NCBI GenBank assembly: GCA_937922735.1
Contig: CALAJL010000120.1
Span: 1-49,764, forward strand
Source of the DNA: an uncultured Gammaproteobacteria bacterium
GTDB lineage: Bacteria; Pseudomonadota; Gammaproteobacteria; UBA4575
Direction: 5' to 3'
Length of the DNA stretch: 49,764 bases
The translations under genes were made by a program, and so were the position numbers. The notes under the pieces are model-generated. The model was not told where the DNA came from and ran no database searches. It worked only from the letters and a program-made list of their open reading frames with translations. Shown piece by piece: positions 22,375 to 33,834 of the stretch (position 1 is the stretch's first letter; the number at the start of each line of letters is the position of its first letter).

Positions 22375-22429
22375 CTAAAGATATCCAAGGATATGAAAAT
22401 TGGTTTTGAATAAATATTGTTGAAGAATT

Positions 22430-23815
22430 ATGCAAAATAAAACACTTTACGACAAAGTTTGGCAGAACCATGTGGTGCATGAGCGTGACGATGGAATGAG
22501 CTTAATTTATATTGATCGTCATTTAGTTCATGAAGTAACTTCACCTCAAGCATTTGAGGGTTTGCGTTTAGCAAAACGTGATTTATGGAGAAAGGATTCT
22601 ATTCTAGCAACAGTTGATCACAATATTCCTACAACAGATCGTAGTGCCGGCATTGATGATGTGATCTCAAAAACGCAGGTCGATACGTTAGATCAAAACT
22701 GCAAAGATTATTCTCTAACGCAATTTTCAATGCTCGATGCTCGACAAGGCATAGTCCATGTTATTGGTCCTGAGCAAGGTGCATCATTGCCTGGCATGAC
22801 GATTGTATGTGGAGATTCGCATACCTCTACACATGGTGCGTTAGGGGCACTTGCATTTGGTATTGGTACTTCTGAAGTTGAGCATGTTTTAGCGACACAA
22901 TGTTTGTTGATGAAAAAATCTAAAAATATGTTGGTTAAAATAAATGGCCAATGTCAATCAGGGGTTACAGCAAAAGATATTGTTTTAGCAATAATTGGAA
23001 AGTTAGGTACAGCTGGAGCGAATGGGCATACGATTGAATTTGCGGGAAGTGCTATTCGTGCCTTATCTGTAGAGGGGCGAATGACAGTCTGTAATATGTC
23101 GATTGAAGCAGGAGGACGTGCAGGAATGATTGCAGTTGATGATGCAACGATCGAATACATTGCTGGCAGACCTTTTTCTCCAAAAAATGAACACTGGGAA
23201 TTAGCCGTAAAACAATGGCGCATGTTGAACAGTGATGAAGGTGCACACTTTGATTCTGAGATAGACATTAACGCTGACGAATTACAACCACAAGTGACCT
23301 GGGGGACTTCTCCTGAAATGGTTGCAGATGTTAATGGTTCAGTTCCAGATAATGTAAGTGATGACCAGCGACGAGCATTGCAATATATGGATTTGCAGCC
23401 TGGAACATCAATAAGTGATATCAAAGTCGATAAGGTATTTATTGGTTCGTGTACAAATTCTAGAATTGAAGACTTGCGCGAAGCTGCAAATATTATTCAG
23501 GATAGGAAATTAGCGAGTAATATCAAACTCGCTATGGTGGTTCCCGGGTCTGGTTTAATTAAACAGCAGGCCGAGCAAGAAGGCTTAGATATAGTTTTTA
23601 AAGCTGCAGGTTTTGAATGGCGCGAACCGGGTTGCTCGATGTGTTTAGGAATGAATGCAGATCAGTTAGAGCCTGGTGAACGTTGTGCATCAACGTCTAA
23701 CCGAAACTTTGAAGGCCGTCAGGGTAAGGGTGGCCGAACACACTTAGTAAGCCCAGTTATGGCAGCTGCAGCGGCGGTGCATGGGCATTTTGTAGATGTC
23801 AGAAGGTATCTTTAA
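22430..23815 (+). CDS. leuC: 3-isopropylmalate dehydratase large subunit
   Basis: 461 aa. [22 protein letters not shown] and [12 protein letters not shown] aconitase-family motifs. leuD follows 2 nt later. Confidence 0.95.
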   Translation: MQNKTLYDKVWQNHVVHERDDGMSLIYIDRHLVHEVTSPQAFEGLRLAKRDLWRKDSILATVDHNIPTTDRSAGIDDVISKTQVDTLDQNCKDYSLTQFSMLDARQGIVHVIGPEQGASLPGMTIVCGDSHTSTHGALGALAFGIGTSEVEHVLATQCLLMKKSKNMLVKINGQCQSGVTAKDIVLAIIGKLGTAGANGHTIEFAGSAIRALSVEGRMTVCNMSIEAGGRAGMIAVDDATIEYIAGRPFSPKNEHWELAVKQWRMLNSDEGAHFDSEIDINADELQPQVTWGTSPEMVADVNGSVPDNVSDDQRRALQYMDLQPGTSISDIKVDKVFIGSCTNSRIEDLREAANIIQDRKLASNIKLAMVVPGSGLIKQQAEQEGLDIVFKAAGFEWREPGCSMCLGMNADQLEPGERCASTSNRNFEGRQGKGGRTHLVSPVMAAAAAVHGHFVDVRRYL

Positions 23816-23817
23816 AT

Positions 23818-24462
23818 ATGAAATCATTTGCAGAAATTACATCTACTTTGCTACCACTAGACCGTAGCAATGTTGATACGGATGCGATAATTCCGCAACA
23901 GTATTTAAAATCAGTAAAGCGGACCGGTTTTGGAGTAAATTTATTTGATAATTGGCGTTACCAAGACCCAGGTTTGCTTGGGCAGGATCATAGTCAGCGT
24001 CGTTTGCATGAAGATTTTGTGTTGAATCAAGAAAAACATCAAGACGCTAAAATTTTATTAGCACGAGAAAATTTCGGCTGTGGTTCTTCGCGCGAGCATG
24101 CGGTTTGGTCTATATTGGATTATGGTTTTGAAGTAGTTATTGCACCAAGTTTTGCCGATATTTTTTGCAGCAACTGTTACAAGAATGGATTATTACCAAT
24201 AACTTTAAATGACGGCGATGTTGATTATTTATTTGAGCAAGTAAAGGCAGATGCAAGCTATCAATGCTATGTAAATTTAGACTCGCAAATTGTAAAAGAT
24301 GAAAACGATAAATCTTTTTCCTTTCAGATTGATGAGTTTAGAAAATACTGTTTATTGAATGGATATGATGAGATTGATCTTACATTGCAGCATGAGTCTA
24401 AAATCAAAGAGTATGAAGAAAAATTAAAATTGACCAGTCCTTGGTTATTTGCAGCGAACTAG
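23818..24462 (+). CDS. leuD: 3-isopropylmalate dehydratase small subunit
   Basis: 214 aa. NVDTDAIIPQQYLK and NFGCGSSREHAVW motifs. Confidence 0.93.
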   Translation: MKSFAEITSTLLPLDRSNVDTDAIIPQQYLKSVKRTGFGVNLFDNWRYQDPGLLGQDHSQRRLHEDFVLNQEKHQDAKILLARENFGCGSSREHAVWSILDYGFEVVIAPSFADIFCSNCYKNGLLPITLNDGDVDYLFEQVKADASYQCYVNLDSQIVKDENDKSFSFQIDEFRKYCLLNGYDEIDLTLQHESKIKEYEEKLKLTSPWLFAAN

Positions 24463-24481
24463 AAAAACGAACTAAAAATAG

Positions 24482-25555
24482 ATGAATAACGTTTTATTAC
24501 TACCTGGTGATGGTATTGGTCCGGAAGTTATTGCAGAGGCAAAAAAAGTATTATTGCATTTGCAAAGTGAGTATGGATTAAATATTGAACTTGAAGAAGC
24601 TTTGATTGGAGGCAGTGCATATGATGATGCTAAAGATCCATTGCCTGATGCAACACTTGAATTAGCAAAACAATCTGATGCAATTTTATTAGGTGCAGTT
24701 GGTGGCCCAAAGTATGATGCAGTGGAGCGTGAACTGCGTCCAGAAAAAGGTTTGTTACGTATACGGGCAGAGTTAGACCTATTTGCAAATCTGCGTCCTG
24801 CTATTTTATACAAATCATTAGCTGGAGCGTCTTCGCTAAAACCAGAGCTGGTTGCAGATCTAGATATAATGATTGTGCGAGAGTTAACTGGCGGAATATA
24901 TTTTGGCCAGCCGCGTGGCATTCGCACACTTGATAATGGAGTGCGTCAAGGGTTTAACACATTGGTTTATGATGAGAATGAAGTGTCCCGCATCGCGCAT
25001 GTTGCTTTTCGAATCGCTCAAAAACGTAACGCTAAACTTTGTTCGGTAGACAAAGCAAATGTGTTAGAGGTTTCAGAACTTTGGCGTGAAGTGGTTGAGT
25101 CCGTGCATTCTGGGTATAGCGATGTAGCATTAAGTCATATGTATGTAGATAATGCTGCAATGCAATTGGTGCGGGAGCCAAATCAATTTGATGTTGTGTT
25201 AACAGGAAATATGTTTGGCGATATTCTTTCTGATGCAGCAGCAATGTTAACGGGTTCAATTGGGATGTTGCCTTCTGCATCGTTGGATAAAAATGATAAA
25301 GGAATGTATGAGCCTATCCATGGTTCTGCACCAGACATTGCCGGTAAGAATATTGCAAATCCTCTTGCCACTATCCTCTCCATCGCAATGATGTTGCGCT
25401 ATAGCTTGGATAAAAAAGACCTTGCCGATAGAGTTGAAGTAGCCGTGCAACAAGTTATTGCCAATGGTCTCCGTACTGCAGATATTGCAGACAATCATTC
25501 TGCAATTGGAACCAGTCAAATGGGTGATGCAGTTATTGAAGCCTTAAGTCAATAA
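24482..25555 (+). CDS. leuB: 3-isopropylmalate dehydrogenase
   Basis: 357 aa. [21 protein letters not shown] and NMFGDILSD motifs. Confidence 0.95.
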   Translation: MNNVLLLPGDGIGPEVIAEAKKVLLHLQSEYGLNIELEEALIGGSAYDDAKDPLPDATLELAKQSDAILLGAVGGPKYDAVERELRPEKGLLRIRAELDLFANLRPAILYKSLAGASSLKPELVADLDIMIVRELTGGIYFGQPRGIRTLDNGVRQGFNTLVYDENEVSRIAHVAFRIAQKRNAKLCSVDKANVLEVSELWREVVESVHSGYSDVALSHMYVDNAAMQLVREPNQFDVVLTGNMFGDILSDAAAMLTGSIGMLPSASLDKNDKGMYEPIHGSAPDIAGKNIANPLATILSIAMMLRYSLDKKDLADRVEVAVQQVIANGLRTADIADNHSAIGTSQMGDAVIEALSQ

Positions 25556-25604
25556 GCAGTCATAAAGATTACGGGTTAAAACTTAATTAAAACTTAAAAA
25601 AGAA

Positions 25605-26624
25605 ATGAAAAAATATAATGTTGCAGTAGTGGGTGCTACTGGTGCGGTAGGTGAGCAGATGCTTGCGATACTCGCGCAAAGAAATTTTCCTATTAACAAT
25701 GTTTATGCTTTAGCCAGTTCTCGTTCCGCTGGTAAAAAGATTGCCTTTGGTGATATTGAATTAGAAGTACAGGATTTAGCTGAATTTGATTTCTCTAACA
25801 CTCAGATAGGTTTGTTTTCACCTGGTGCAAGCATCTCAAAAGAATATGCGCCTAAAGCAGCGGCTCAAGGTTGTGTGGTGGTTGATAACACTTCGCAATT
25901 TCGTTACGACGATGATATCCCCTTGGTTATTCCTGAGGTGAATGCACATCAAATTGCAAACTATAAAGTGCGAGGAATTATTGCTAATCCAAACTGCTCA
26001 ACGATACAAATGTTGGTTGCGCTAAAACCTTTATATGATGCAGTGGGGATTGAACGTATAAATGTTGCAACTTATCAAGCCGTTTCTGGAACCGGTGCAG
26101 ATGCGATTGAAGAGCTGAGTCAGCAGAGTCGAGCTATTCTTGATAATAAACCGATTAATTGCGACGTTTATCCGAAACAGATTGCCTTCAATGCCTTGCC
26201 CCATATAGATAAGTTCATGGATAACGGTTACACCAAAGAAGAAATGAAAATGGTCTGGGAAACCCAGAAAATCATGGAAGATGACTCGATATTAGTGAAT
26301 CCAACAACAGTAAGGATTCCGGTTAAATATGGTCACTCTGAAGCGGTGCATATCGAGTTAAAAGAGAAATTATCTGTTCAAAAAGCACGCGATTTACTGG
26401 CTGCAGCCCCTGGGGTTGTTGTGATAGACGAGCATAAAGAGGGTGGTTATCCAACTGCGGTTACGGAAGGTGAGGGCACGGATCCTGTATATGTAGGGCG
26501 TATTCGTGAGGATATCTCACATCCTAGAGGGCTGAATATGTGGGTGGTCAGTGACAACCTCAGGAAGGGTGCAGCATTAAACAGTATTCAGATCGCTGAA
26601 GTTTTGATAAACAACCATATTTAA
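25605..26624 (+). CDS. asd: Aspartate-semialdehyde dehydrogenase
   Basis: 339 aa. VVGATGAVG Rossmann motif and NPNCSTIQM active-site Cys. Confidence 0.93.
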   Translation: MKKYNVAVVGATGAVGEQMLAILAQRNFPINNVYALASSRSAGKKIAFGDIELEVQDLAEFDFSNTQIGLFSPGASISKEYAPKAAAQGCVVVDNTSQFRYDDDIPLVIPEVNAHQIANYKVRGIIANPNCSTIQMLVALKPLYDAVGIERINVATYQAVSGTGADAIEELSQQSRAILDNKPINCDVYPKQIAFNALPHIDKFMDNGYTKEEMKMVWETQKIMEDDSILVNPTTVRIPVKYGHSEAVHIELKEKLSVQKARDLLAAAPGVVVIDEHKEGGYPTAVTEGEGTDPVYVGRIREDISHPRGLNMWVVSDNLRKGAALNSIQIAEVLINNHI

Positions 26625-26747
26625 TTTATAGTTGCCACGTGAATTAATTCGATAACTCAAAGATATTCTTAGAGTTTTTGGTTTCATTGATGAATAAAAA
26701 ACAAACAATCTTTCAAGAACACAACGCAATCAAGGTGGAGCACAAAA

Positions 26748-29700
26748 ATGGTGCGTAAATCATCTGTACATATACTTCTTATTTCTCTCTTATTGTTTTT
26801 GCCGGGACAATTGTTATCTCTTGGTTTAGGTGAAATCGAAGTTGACTCAGCACTGAATCAACCACTGAATGCACAAATCGGTTTAATATCTGCACGTGCG
26901 GATGAGTTGGAAGAGATGCGGGTTGAGTTAGCCCCTGCAAATGTTTTTGATCGTGTAGGTGTGCCTCGCCCATATTTTTTAACACAGCTTAAATTTACCC
27001 CGGTTTCATTGCCGGGGGGTGGTACAGCCATTCGAGTAACCTCTAAGGATCCAGTGCGCGAACCGTTTTTAACTTTCTTGGTAGAAGTTACTTGGCCAAA
27101 AGGTAGATTGTTAAGAGAATATACCGTACTGCTTGATCCACCAGAATTTGCACAACAACAAGCGCCGCAAATTGCAACGCCCGTTACTGCGCCCGTTATT
27201 CAAGAGCAAGTAGTAGAAGCGGAGCCTGTTGCTACACCACAAGTCGTCACGCCAACCGAAGTCATAACCGAATCTACAAATGATGATGTTGAAAGGCTTC
27301 GTGAGCAAATGGATCGTGAATTAGGAATTGACGATGATGCAACGATAGCAGTTACCGATGTGGCAGATGAAGTTGCAGAGGAAGCGGTAACAATTGAACC
27401 AACTGTAGCGGATTCGATTGAAGTCGAATCGGCAGTAGAGGAAGTTGAAGATGCTGTGGTAGAGACGGTAGCTGAATCTCAGCCCGTAATGGAAGTGGCT
27501 GATGATGTAATTATTCCAGAAGATATCCCAGGCAGTGAAGAAATCATTACGAGTGCGCCGGTTGAGACGGTTAATGCTGAGGAAATAGAGGCAGAAGTTA
27601 TTGCTGAATCAGAAGTATATACAGAGGCGTCTGTTGCAGGTGAACATCTAGTACAAAGTGGAGATACGTTATATAAAATTGCAAAAAATGCTAAGCAATC
27701 TAGTGCTGTTTCAATAAATCAGATGATGATTGCAATTCAACAAGCGAATCCAAATGCTTTTGCACGTAATAATGTAAACCTACTTAAGAAAGGTGCGGTG
27801 CTTCGAATTCCAAATATAGAAGAAGCACAGTCTGCCTCCTCAGCAGAAGCACGAAAAATGATTTCACAACAAAATGCATTATGGCGTGAGTATAGGAGTA
27901 ATGTTTCACAGGTTGCGGCTAAGAATATTGATGCTCCTGAGTTGGTAGATGATAAGAGTACTGTGGTTAGCGAAGCTAAACAGGCACTTAAAGAGACGAC
28001 TAAAAAATCTGAAGCTGTTAAACAAGATCTAAATATTCTTGCAGCTGAAGATGGCAAGCAGTCTGATAGTAAGATGCAAGTAGCAGGTGGAGAAGAGCTT
28101 AAGAAGTTGCAGAATGAGGTAACGTTAACTAAGGAACTTGCGGAATCGAAGAGTAAAGAAGCTGAAGAATTAAAGAGTCGGGTTGAAGCGCTTGAGTCCA
28201 TGTTGGAGAAGAAAGAGAAAATTCTTAATATCCAAAATCAACAGCTAAAAGATTTGCAAGAACAGTTAGGTACTGAAGCGGATAAAGCAGCAGCAGCTGA
28301 AAAAATGCTGAAAGAAAAGGCCGCGCAAGAAGCGACAAAACCAGAGGTGAAGTCAGAAGCTAAACCCGAAGCAAAGCCTATTGCTAAGCCAATAGAAAAA
28401 ACAATTGTTGAAGAGGTTAAAAAGCCCGTAGTCGAGCCATTGCCCGAATTTACTGAGCCAGTTGTAGCTGAGCAACCTATTTCAAAACCAAAACTACAAC
28501 CGCTTCCAGATTGGGAATCTTTGCCAGAGATTGAACCCGTTAAGGAAGGAGTAGTAGCTGAAGCAACTCCTACAGAAAAGCCCACCGAAGTAAAACCAGA
28601 AGAAGTAAAACCCCTAGAAAAACCAGCTGAAGTGAAGCAGGTTGAGGCGCCTAAACTTCCAGATAATGCATCTGAAGCAACATCTGGCGTTATGGGTTTC
28701 GCTACCTCAATTATCGAGCGCTTCAAGAATGTTTTATTGCCATTAGTGGGTGGCGCTTTGTTGTTGTTGGGTGGTTTATGGTTCTGGCGAAAGAAAAGTG
28801 TCAAAACAGTGGAGCTTTCTGGCCTTGGTGAAATGCCAATGGAGCTCGGTGAAGATGACGATCATTTTGACGATATTCTAGATGAGACAATTGTGACTCC
28901 ACAAACCAATGCTGATGCAGAAATGAATGATGATGTAGGCAGTATGGATGATCTTGGTTTGGATGATGAAGATATGGGGTTCTCACCAACTTCGGATGCT
29001 AATGATGCTGAGCTCGGTGAAGATGTACTGGATGAAGCTGATGTGTATATATCCTATGGATTGCATCAACAAGCACAAGACCTGTTAACGGATGCGATAA
29101 CTAAAGAACCTAATAATAATGACTACAAGGCTAAGTTGGCAGAGGTTTATTATAGTCAAAAAGACTCACAAGCTTTTGAAGAGTATGCGGAAAAAATTAA
29201 AGGTGAAGTGGGTGAGTCAAGCAGTCAATGGCAAAACATTATTTCAATGGGTAAAGAGTTAGCTCCAACTAGTGCGTTATTTGCTGGAGCTGCAGCATTA
29301 GGTGTAGCGGCTAAATCCGCAATTGATAAACCGGATCAAGCTGATGTAGATATTGGCCTGCAAACGGTTATCGATAATCCTTTGTCTGATGCTAATTTGG
29401 AAGATACTTTTCTTGATAATGATGCGGGTAACGAAAATGAAGATGGCTTAGATTTCAATATCGATGATCCCATGGCAGATGAACTTGAGGATGACCCTGT
29501 CGCAAGTAAAATAATGGAAGCTAATGAAACTTCGGATATATTAAATTTTGAAGTAGATGATTTGTCTGACGATATTCTTGATGATGAAGACGCAGACGCA
29601 GACGCAGACGCAGATACGGTGATGGATGCAATGGCAACCGGTTTGCATGAAACGGCCAGTATGGATGATCTCACTCAAGAGCTCGAACAGATTGGTATGC

Positions 29701-30158
29701 AGACCACAATGAATGATCTGAAACCTTTAGATCTGGATGAAAGTGCAATGGATGATGTGGCTGCTTCTCTAGATGATACGGTAGCCATGCAAGCAGATGA
29801 ATTTGATATTGATACAGCACTTACCTCTCCAGACCCGGAAGAAACGGCTGCCTATAAGCCAAGTTCGCTAGAAGGTGATTTGGGTGGTGATGATACTGAG
29901 CAATTTGATGTTTCGAATATGGATACTGAGTTCCTTGATCCTGCTGAACAAACTGTGGCTCAAACGCATACTGACTTACAAGAACTAGGGCCACCATCGC
30001 TGATAGAAGAGGTGGGTACTAAGCTTGACTTGGCAAAAGCGTTTGTAGATATGGGTGATTCAGATGCTGCTAAAGAAACGTTGCTTGAAGTCATTAATGA
30101 AGGTGATGAATCGCAAATCAAGGCTGCAAAAGACTTGATGGATAAGCTGGGTAATTAA
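26748..30158 (+). CDS. fimV: FimV/HubP-type pilus-assembly and polar-organising protein
   Basis: 1136 aa. Signal peptide plus LGLGEIEVDSALNQPLNAQIGL N-terminal FimV motif. LysM domain (HLVQSGDTLYKIAKNA...GAVLRIP) and a coiled-coil, PEK-rich linker. One TM helix (LLPLVGGALLLLGGLWFW) and a highly acidic cytoplasmic part. C-terminal FimV motif LDLAKAFVDMGDSDAAKETLLEVI. The asd-fimV-truA context fits. Confidence 0.88.
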   Translation: MVRKSSVHILLISLLLFLPGQLLSLGLGEIEVDSALNQPLNAQIGLISARADELEEMRVELAPANVFDRVGVPRPYFLTQLKFTPVSLPGGGTAIRVTSKDPVREPFLTFLVEVTWPKGRLLREYTVLLDPPEFAQQQAPQIATPVTAPVIQEQVVEAEPVATPQVVTPTEVITESTNDDVERLREQMDRELGIDDDATIAVTDVADEVAEEAVTIEPTVADSIEVESAVEEVEDAVVETVAESQPVMEVADDVIIPEDIPGSEEIITSAPVETVNAEEIEAEVIAESEVYTEASVAGEHLVQSGDTLYKIAKNAKQSSAVSINQMMIAIQQANPNAFARNNVNLLKKGAVLRIPNIEEAQSASSAEARKMISQQNALWREYRSNVSQVAAKNIDAPELVDDKSTVVSEAKQALKETTKKSEAVKQDLNILAAEDGKQSDSKMQVAGGEELKKLQNEVTLTKELAESKSKEAEELKSRVEALESMLEKKEKILNIQNQQLKDLQEQLGTEADKAAAAEKMLKEKAAQEATKPEVKSEAKPEAKPIAKPIEKTIVEEVKKPVVEPLPEFTEPVVAEQPISKPKLQPLPDWESLPEIEPVKEGVVAEATPTEKPTEVKPEEVKPLEKPAEVKQVEAPKLPDNASEATSGVMGFATSIIERFKNVLLPLVGGALLLLGGLWFWRKKSVKTVELSGLGEMPMELGEDDDHFDDILDETIVTPQTNADAEMNDDVGSMDDLGLDDEDMGFSPTSDANDAELGEDVLDEADVYISYGLHQQAQDLLTDAITKEPNNNDYKAKLAEVYYSQKDSQAFEEYAEKIKGEVGESSSQWQNIISMGKELAPTSALFAGAAALGVAAKSAIDKPDQADVDIGLQTVIDNPLSDANLEDTFLDNDAGNENEDGLDFNIDDPMADELEDDPVASKIMEANETSDILNFEVDDLSDDILDDEDADADADADTVMDAMATGLHETASMDDLTQELEQIGMQTTMNDLKPLDLDESAMDDVAASLDDTVAMQADEFDIDTALTSPDPEETAAYKPSSLEGDLGGDDTEQFDVSNMDTEFLDPAEQTVAQTHTDLQELGPPSLIEEVGTKLDLAKAFVDMGDSDAAKETLLEVINEGDESQIKAAKDLMDKLGN
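29589..29612. repeat. In-frame hexanucleotide tandem repeat (GACGCA)x4 inside fimV
   Basis: Read directly: gacgca gacgca gacgca gacgca, followed by gat. It encodes the DADADADAD stretch in the acidic cytoplasmic region. Confidence 0.9.
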
Positions 30159-30306
30159 TTTGTTATAACTGTGGGATTTTATATTTTTAGTTATAAATAT
30201 TTCCTGCAGTTTTTATCATCCTGGTAAATTATCTGGCTCGTGTACTGCTTTATATATTTGTAGCACATCTGTCTACAAATCCTTACATTGATTACACCAT
30301 TACATC

Positions 30307-31092
30307 ATGCGTATTGCTTTAGGGGTTGAGTACAATGGCAGTCATTTTTATGGTTGGCAACGTCAGCTCAATCCAAATACTGTGCAACAGAATTTAGAAC
30401 AAGCCATTTCGAAAGTTGCAGATTCTCCAATACAACTTATTGCTGCAGGCAGAACAGATACTGGCGTGCATGCAACAGAACAAGTCGTGCATTTTGATTG
30501 TAAAAATGCAAGAGAGTTAAAAGCTTGGGTGCGTGGCGTCAATAGGTATCTGCCTAACTCTGTTTCAGTTATGTGGGCTAAACATGTTTCAGATGAATTT
30601 CACGCAAGGTATAGTGCACAATCAAGACGTTACCGTTACATTGTATACAATAGCGCTGCGCGACCCGCGTTACTGGATAATCTGGTAACTTGGGAATATG
30701 GTCATTTAGATCTGCATAAAATGCAGCATGCAGCAAATCACTTGCTGGGTATGAATGACTTTAGTTCTTATCGTGCTGTGGCGTGTCAGGCTAATAGTCC
30801 AATTCGGACAGTGCACGAAATAACACTTACGAAGCGTAATGAATATATTCTCATGGATATTCATGCAAATGCCTTTTTGCATCATATGGTAAGAAATATC
30901 ATGGGAGTTTTAATGACGATCGGTAGAGGTGAAAAGTCTCATGATTGGTCGTTAGAGGTTTTAAAAAAATGTGATCGTACCTGCGGTGGTATCACTGCAC
31001 CGGCTGCTGGACTATATTTGGTTAAAGTCACGTATGATGAATCGCATGGCTTAGATAAAAATATTAGATGGCCGGCTATAGTTAACGGTTAA
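30307..31092 (+). CDS. truA: tRNA pseudouridine(38-40) synthase TruA
   Basis: 261 aa. MRIALGVEYNGSHFYGWQRQ and AAGRTDTGVHA (catalytic Asp) motifs. Confidence 0.93.
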   Translation: MRIALGVEYNGSHFYGWQRQLNPNTVQQNLEQAISKVADSPIQLIAAGRTDTGVHATEQVVHFDCKNARELKAWVRGVNRYLPNSVSVMWAKHVSDEFHARYSAQSRRYRYIVYNSAARPALLDNLVTWEYGHLDLHKMQHAANHLLGMNDFSSYRAVACQANSPIRTVHEITLTKRNEYILMDIHANAFLHHMVRNIMGVLMTIGRGEKSHDWSLEVLKKCDRTCGGITAPAAGLYLVKVTYDESHGLDKNIRWPAIVNG

Positions 31093-31111
31093 TTAAAAAT
31101 TAAAATATATA

Positions 31112-31729
31112 ATGCAAACTAGAATTAAATTCTGTGGATTAACCAGGCAACAAGATGTAAAGGTTGCGATAAAGCTTGGTGTGGATGCGTTAGGTTTTGT
31201 ATTCGTTGATAAAAGTTCACGCAACGTTCAAATTAATACAGCTGTAGAATTAGTGAGCGAAATTCCACCATTTGTTATTAAGGTTGCCCTGTTTATGAAC
31301 CCTCAGATTACAGAGGTTGAAAATGTAATCAAACAAGTAAAGCCTAATTTACTGCAATTCCATGGTGATGAAGATGAAAATTTCTGTAACCAATTTGATA
31401 GGCCATATATAAAGGCGGTACCTATGGCTAGTACCGTGTCATTAGAAGCGTTTTGTGGGCAATATCCAACGGCTACAAGTTTTATTTTGGATGGTCATGC
31501 AGCAGGGCAAATGGGGGGTGGTGGGGAAAAATTTATGTGGGCAAAGTTACCAAAAAGCCTTAAAAAACCTATTATATTGGCTGGAGGATTAACTGTATCT
31601 AACGTGGCAGAGGCGATACGTGTTGTACGTCCCTATGCAGTTGATGTCAGTAGTGGGATTGAGGCTGGTAAAGGCATCAAAGACCCCGCTAAAATGGAAC
31701 AATTCATTAAGGAAGTACATCGTGACTAG
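31112..31729 (+). CDS. trpF: N-(5'-phosphoribosyl)anthranilate isomerase
   Basis: 205 aa. [13 protein letters not shown]-terminus, LQFHGDE and GGL...VDVSSGIE motifs. Followed by trpBA. Confidence 0.88.
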   Translation: MQTRIKFCGLTRQQDVKVAIKLGVDALGFVFVDKSSRNVQINTAVELVSEIPPFVIKVALFMNPQITEVENVIKQVKPNLLQFHGDEDENFCNQFDRPYIKAVPMASTVSLEAFCGQYPTATSFILDGHAAGQMGGGGEKFMWAKLPKSLKKPIILAGGLTVSNVAEAIRVVRPYAVDVSSGIEAGKGIKDPAKMEQFIKEVHRD

Positions 31730-32966
31730 GATTGCAAATAATATAGACCCTACGACAGCGGATAGTCGAAACTCAGATGTAATGCCAAACGCACACGGCA
31801 TGTTTGGTGAGTATGGTGGCCGCTATGTTGCAGAAACGTTAATTGAACCATTAGCAGAACTCGAACAAGCGTACTCTCACTATAAGGATGATCCAGAGTT
31901 TATTGCAGAATTTGATACTGATCTCGCACATTATGTAGGTCGGCCAAGTCCGCTCTATCATGCGCAACGTCTAAGTCAAAAATATGCTGGCGCACAAATA
32001 TATCTAAAGCGTGAGGATTTAAATCACACCGGCGCACATAAGATAAACAATACAATTGGCCAAGCATTATTAGCTAAACGCATGGGTAAGCCACGAATCA
32101 TTGCCGAAACGGGTGCAGGGCAACATGGCGTTGCTAGTGCTACGGTAGCTGCTCGACTTGGCCTTGAATGTGTGGTGTACATGGGTGAGCAAGATATACA
32201 TCGTCAAGCACCTAATGTTTATCGAATGAAGTTATTAGGGGCGAAAGTTGTACCAGTTACTTCAGGGTCAAAAACATTAAAGGATGCATTGAATGAAGCA
32301 TTACGAGATTGGGTAACCAATGTTGATAATACGTTTTATATAATCGGTACAGTAGCAGGGCCACATCCTTACCCTTTGCTAGTAAGAGACTTTCAATCCA
32401 TTATTGGAAGAGAAGCTAGGGAGCAAATGCAGCAGCAAACGGGAAGTTTGCCTGATGCACTAGTTGCATGTGTGGGAGGAGGTTCCAATGCAATTGGCTT
32501 ATTTCATCCATTTATTAATGACGAAAGTGTAAATATGTTTGGCGTAGAAGCTGGGGGATATGGGCTGGAAACAGGGAAACATTCGGCTCCCTTAAATTCG
32601 GGTCGTCCAGGAGTGCTGCATGGTAATCGTACGTATTTAATGGAAGATGATAATGGGCAAATTATTGAGACACATTCAATTTCTGCAGGCCTGGATTATC
32701 CTGGTGTAGGTCCCGAGCATGCATGGTTAAAAGATATCGGAAGAGTTCAGTATGATTCTGTTACTGATGATGAAGCACTTGCCGCATTTCATGAGTTAAC
32801 AAGAGTGGAAGGAATCATACCCGCACTGGAAAGTAGTCATGCCATTGCATATGCAACGAAACTCGCCAGTACCATGAGTAGTGATAAAAAAATTCTTGTA
32901 AATTTATCAGGGCGTGGTGATAAAGATATTAATACTGTTGCAGAAATTGAAGGTATTACAATATGA
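31722..32966 (+). CDS. trpB: Tryptophan synthase beta chain
   Basis: [22 protein letters not shown] (PLP Lys) and GGGSNAIG motifs. The track start at 31620 lies deep inside trpF. The preferred start is the GTG at 31722, which overlaps the trpF stop (GTGACTAG). The ATG at 31782 is an alternative. Confidence 0.85.
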   Translation: MTRIANNIDPTTADSRNSDVMPNAHGMFGEYGGRYVAETLIEPLAELEQAYSHYKDDPEFIAEFDTDLAHYVGRPSPLYHAQRLSQKYAGAQIYLKREDLNHTGAHKINNTIGQALLAKRMGKPRIIAETGAGQHGVASATVAARLGLECVVYMGEQDIHRQAPNVYRMKLLGAKVVPVTSGSKTLKDALNEALRDWVTNVDNTFYIIGTVAGPHPYPLLVRDFQSIIGREAREQMQQQTGSLPDALVACVGGGSNAIGLFHPFINDESVNMFGVEAGGYGLETGKHSAPLNSGRPGVLHGNRTYLMEDDNGQIIETHSISAGLDYPGVGPEHAWLKDIGRVQYDSVTDDEALAAFHELTRVEGIIPALESSHAIAYATKLASTMSSDKKILVNLSGRGDKDINTVAEIEGITI

Positions 32967-33802
32967 GTCGTTTGCAAGCAACATTTGAGAATTTAGCCAA
33001 GGATGGTCGCACAGCACTTATTGCTTATGTAACGGCTGGAGATCCTCACCCCGATTTGACTGTGCAAATTTTGCATACCTTGGTTGAAGCAGGTTGTGAT
33101 GTGATTGAACTTGGGATTCCATTTTCAGACCCAATGGCAGATGGGCCAGTGATTCAATCTGCTTGTGAGCGTGCATTAGCGCATGGAACAAGCTTGAAGC
33201 AAGTGCTCAATATGGTTGAAGAATTTCGAGAGCAAGATACTCAAACCCCTATCGTATTAATGGGGTATCAGAATCCAATAGAAGTAATGGGCATGAAGAA
33301 GTTCGCAAAACAGGCCCAACAAAAACAAGTTGATGGGATTCTAACTGTAGACATGCCGATAGAGCAGGCTGAAGAAGCAGTAAATGAATACAAAAAACAT
33401 GAACTTGATAATATATTCTTGATTGCACCTACAACTAGTTCTGAGCGAATCAAACATATTTGCGATCACTCATCAGGTTTTGTCTACTACGTTTCGTTAA
33501 AAGGCGTAACAGGTGCAGGTAATTTAGATACTGTAGAAGTTGCAAAAAATATTGAAGAGATTAAAAAATCGACTACTCTACCGGTAGGCGTAGGCTTTGG
33601 TATTAAAGATCCAGAAAGTGCAAGCAAAGTAGCTGCAATTGCTGATGCGGTAGTGGTGGGTAGTGCTATTATTAATGAAATTGAAGCACATGCGTCGGAT
33701 AATGATAAAATGCTAGGCAACATTAAAGCACTGATGTCTTCAATTCGATTAGCTATGGATAATTCGTCTACTAATCAACAACAAAATAAAGAAGTTGCTT
33801 AA
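32963..33802 (+). CDS. trpA: Tryptophan synthase alpha chain
   Basis: 279 aa. [20 protein letters not shown] motif and GFGI...VVVGSA. There is an ATGA start/stop overlap with trpB. Confidence 0.93.
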   Translation: MSRLQATFENLAKDGRTALIAYVTAGDPHPDLTVQILHTLVEAGCDVIELGIPFSDPMADGPVIQSACERALAHGTSLKQVLNMVEEFREQDTQTPIVLMGYQNPIEVMGMKKFAKQAQQKQVDGILTVDMPIEQAEEAVNEYKKHELDNIFLIAPTTSSERIKHICDHSSGFVYYVSLKGVTGAGNLDTVEVAKNIEEIKKSTTLPVGVGFGIKDPESASKVAAIADAVVVGSAIINEIEAHASDNDKMLGNIKALMSSIRLAMDNSSTNQQQNKEVA

Positions 33803-33834
33803 TAATACGGGAACACTTAAATGAGTATTCTGCT

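Noticed and set aside
22954-24927. Minus-strand ORFs of 156 aa (22954-23424) and 151 aa (24472-24927) overlapping leuC and leuB
   Set aside because: They are fully antisense to strongly supported, motif-rich housekeeping genes. The sequences are low-complexity with no motifs.
27737-29674. Three long minus-strand ORFs (27737-28201, 28238-28804, 29336-29674) inside fimV
   Set aside because: They are low-complexity S/A/T-rich mirror translations of the E/K/P/D-rich fimV coding strand. They have no recognisable motifs, and the fimV frame is continuous with diagnostic N- and C-terminal motifs.
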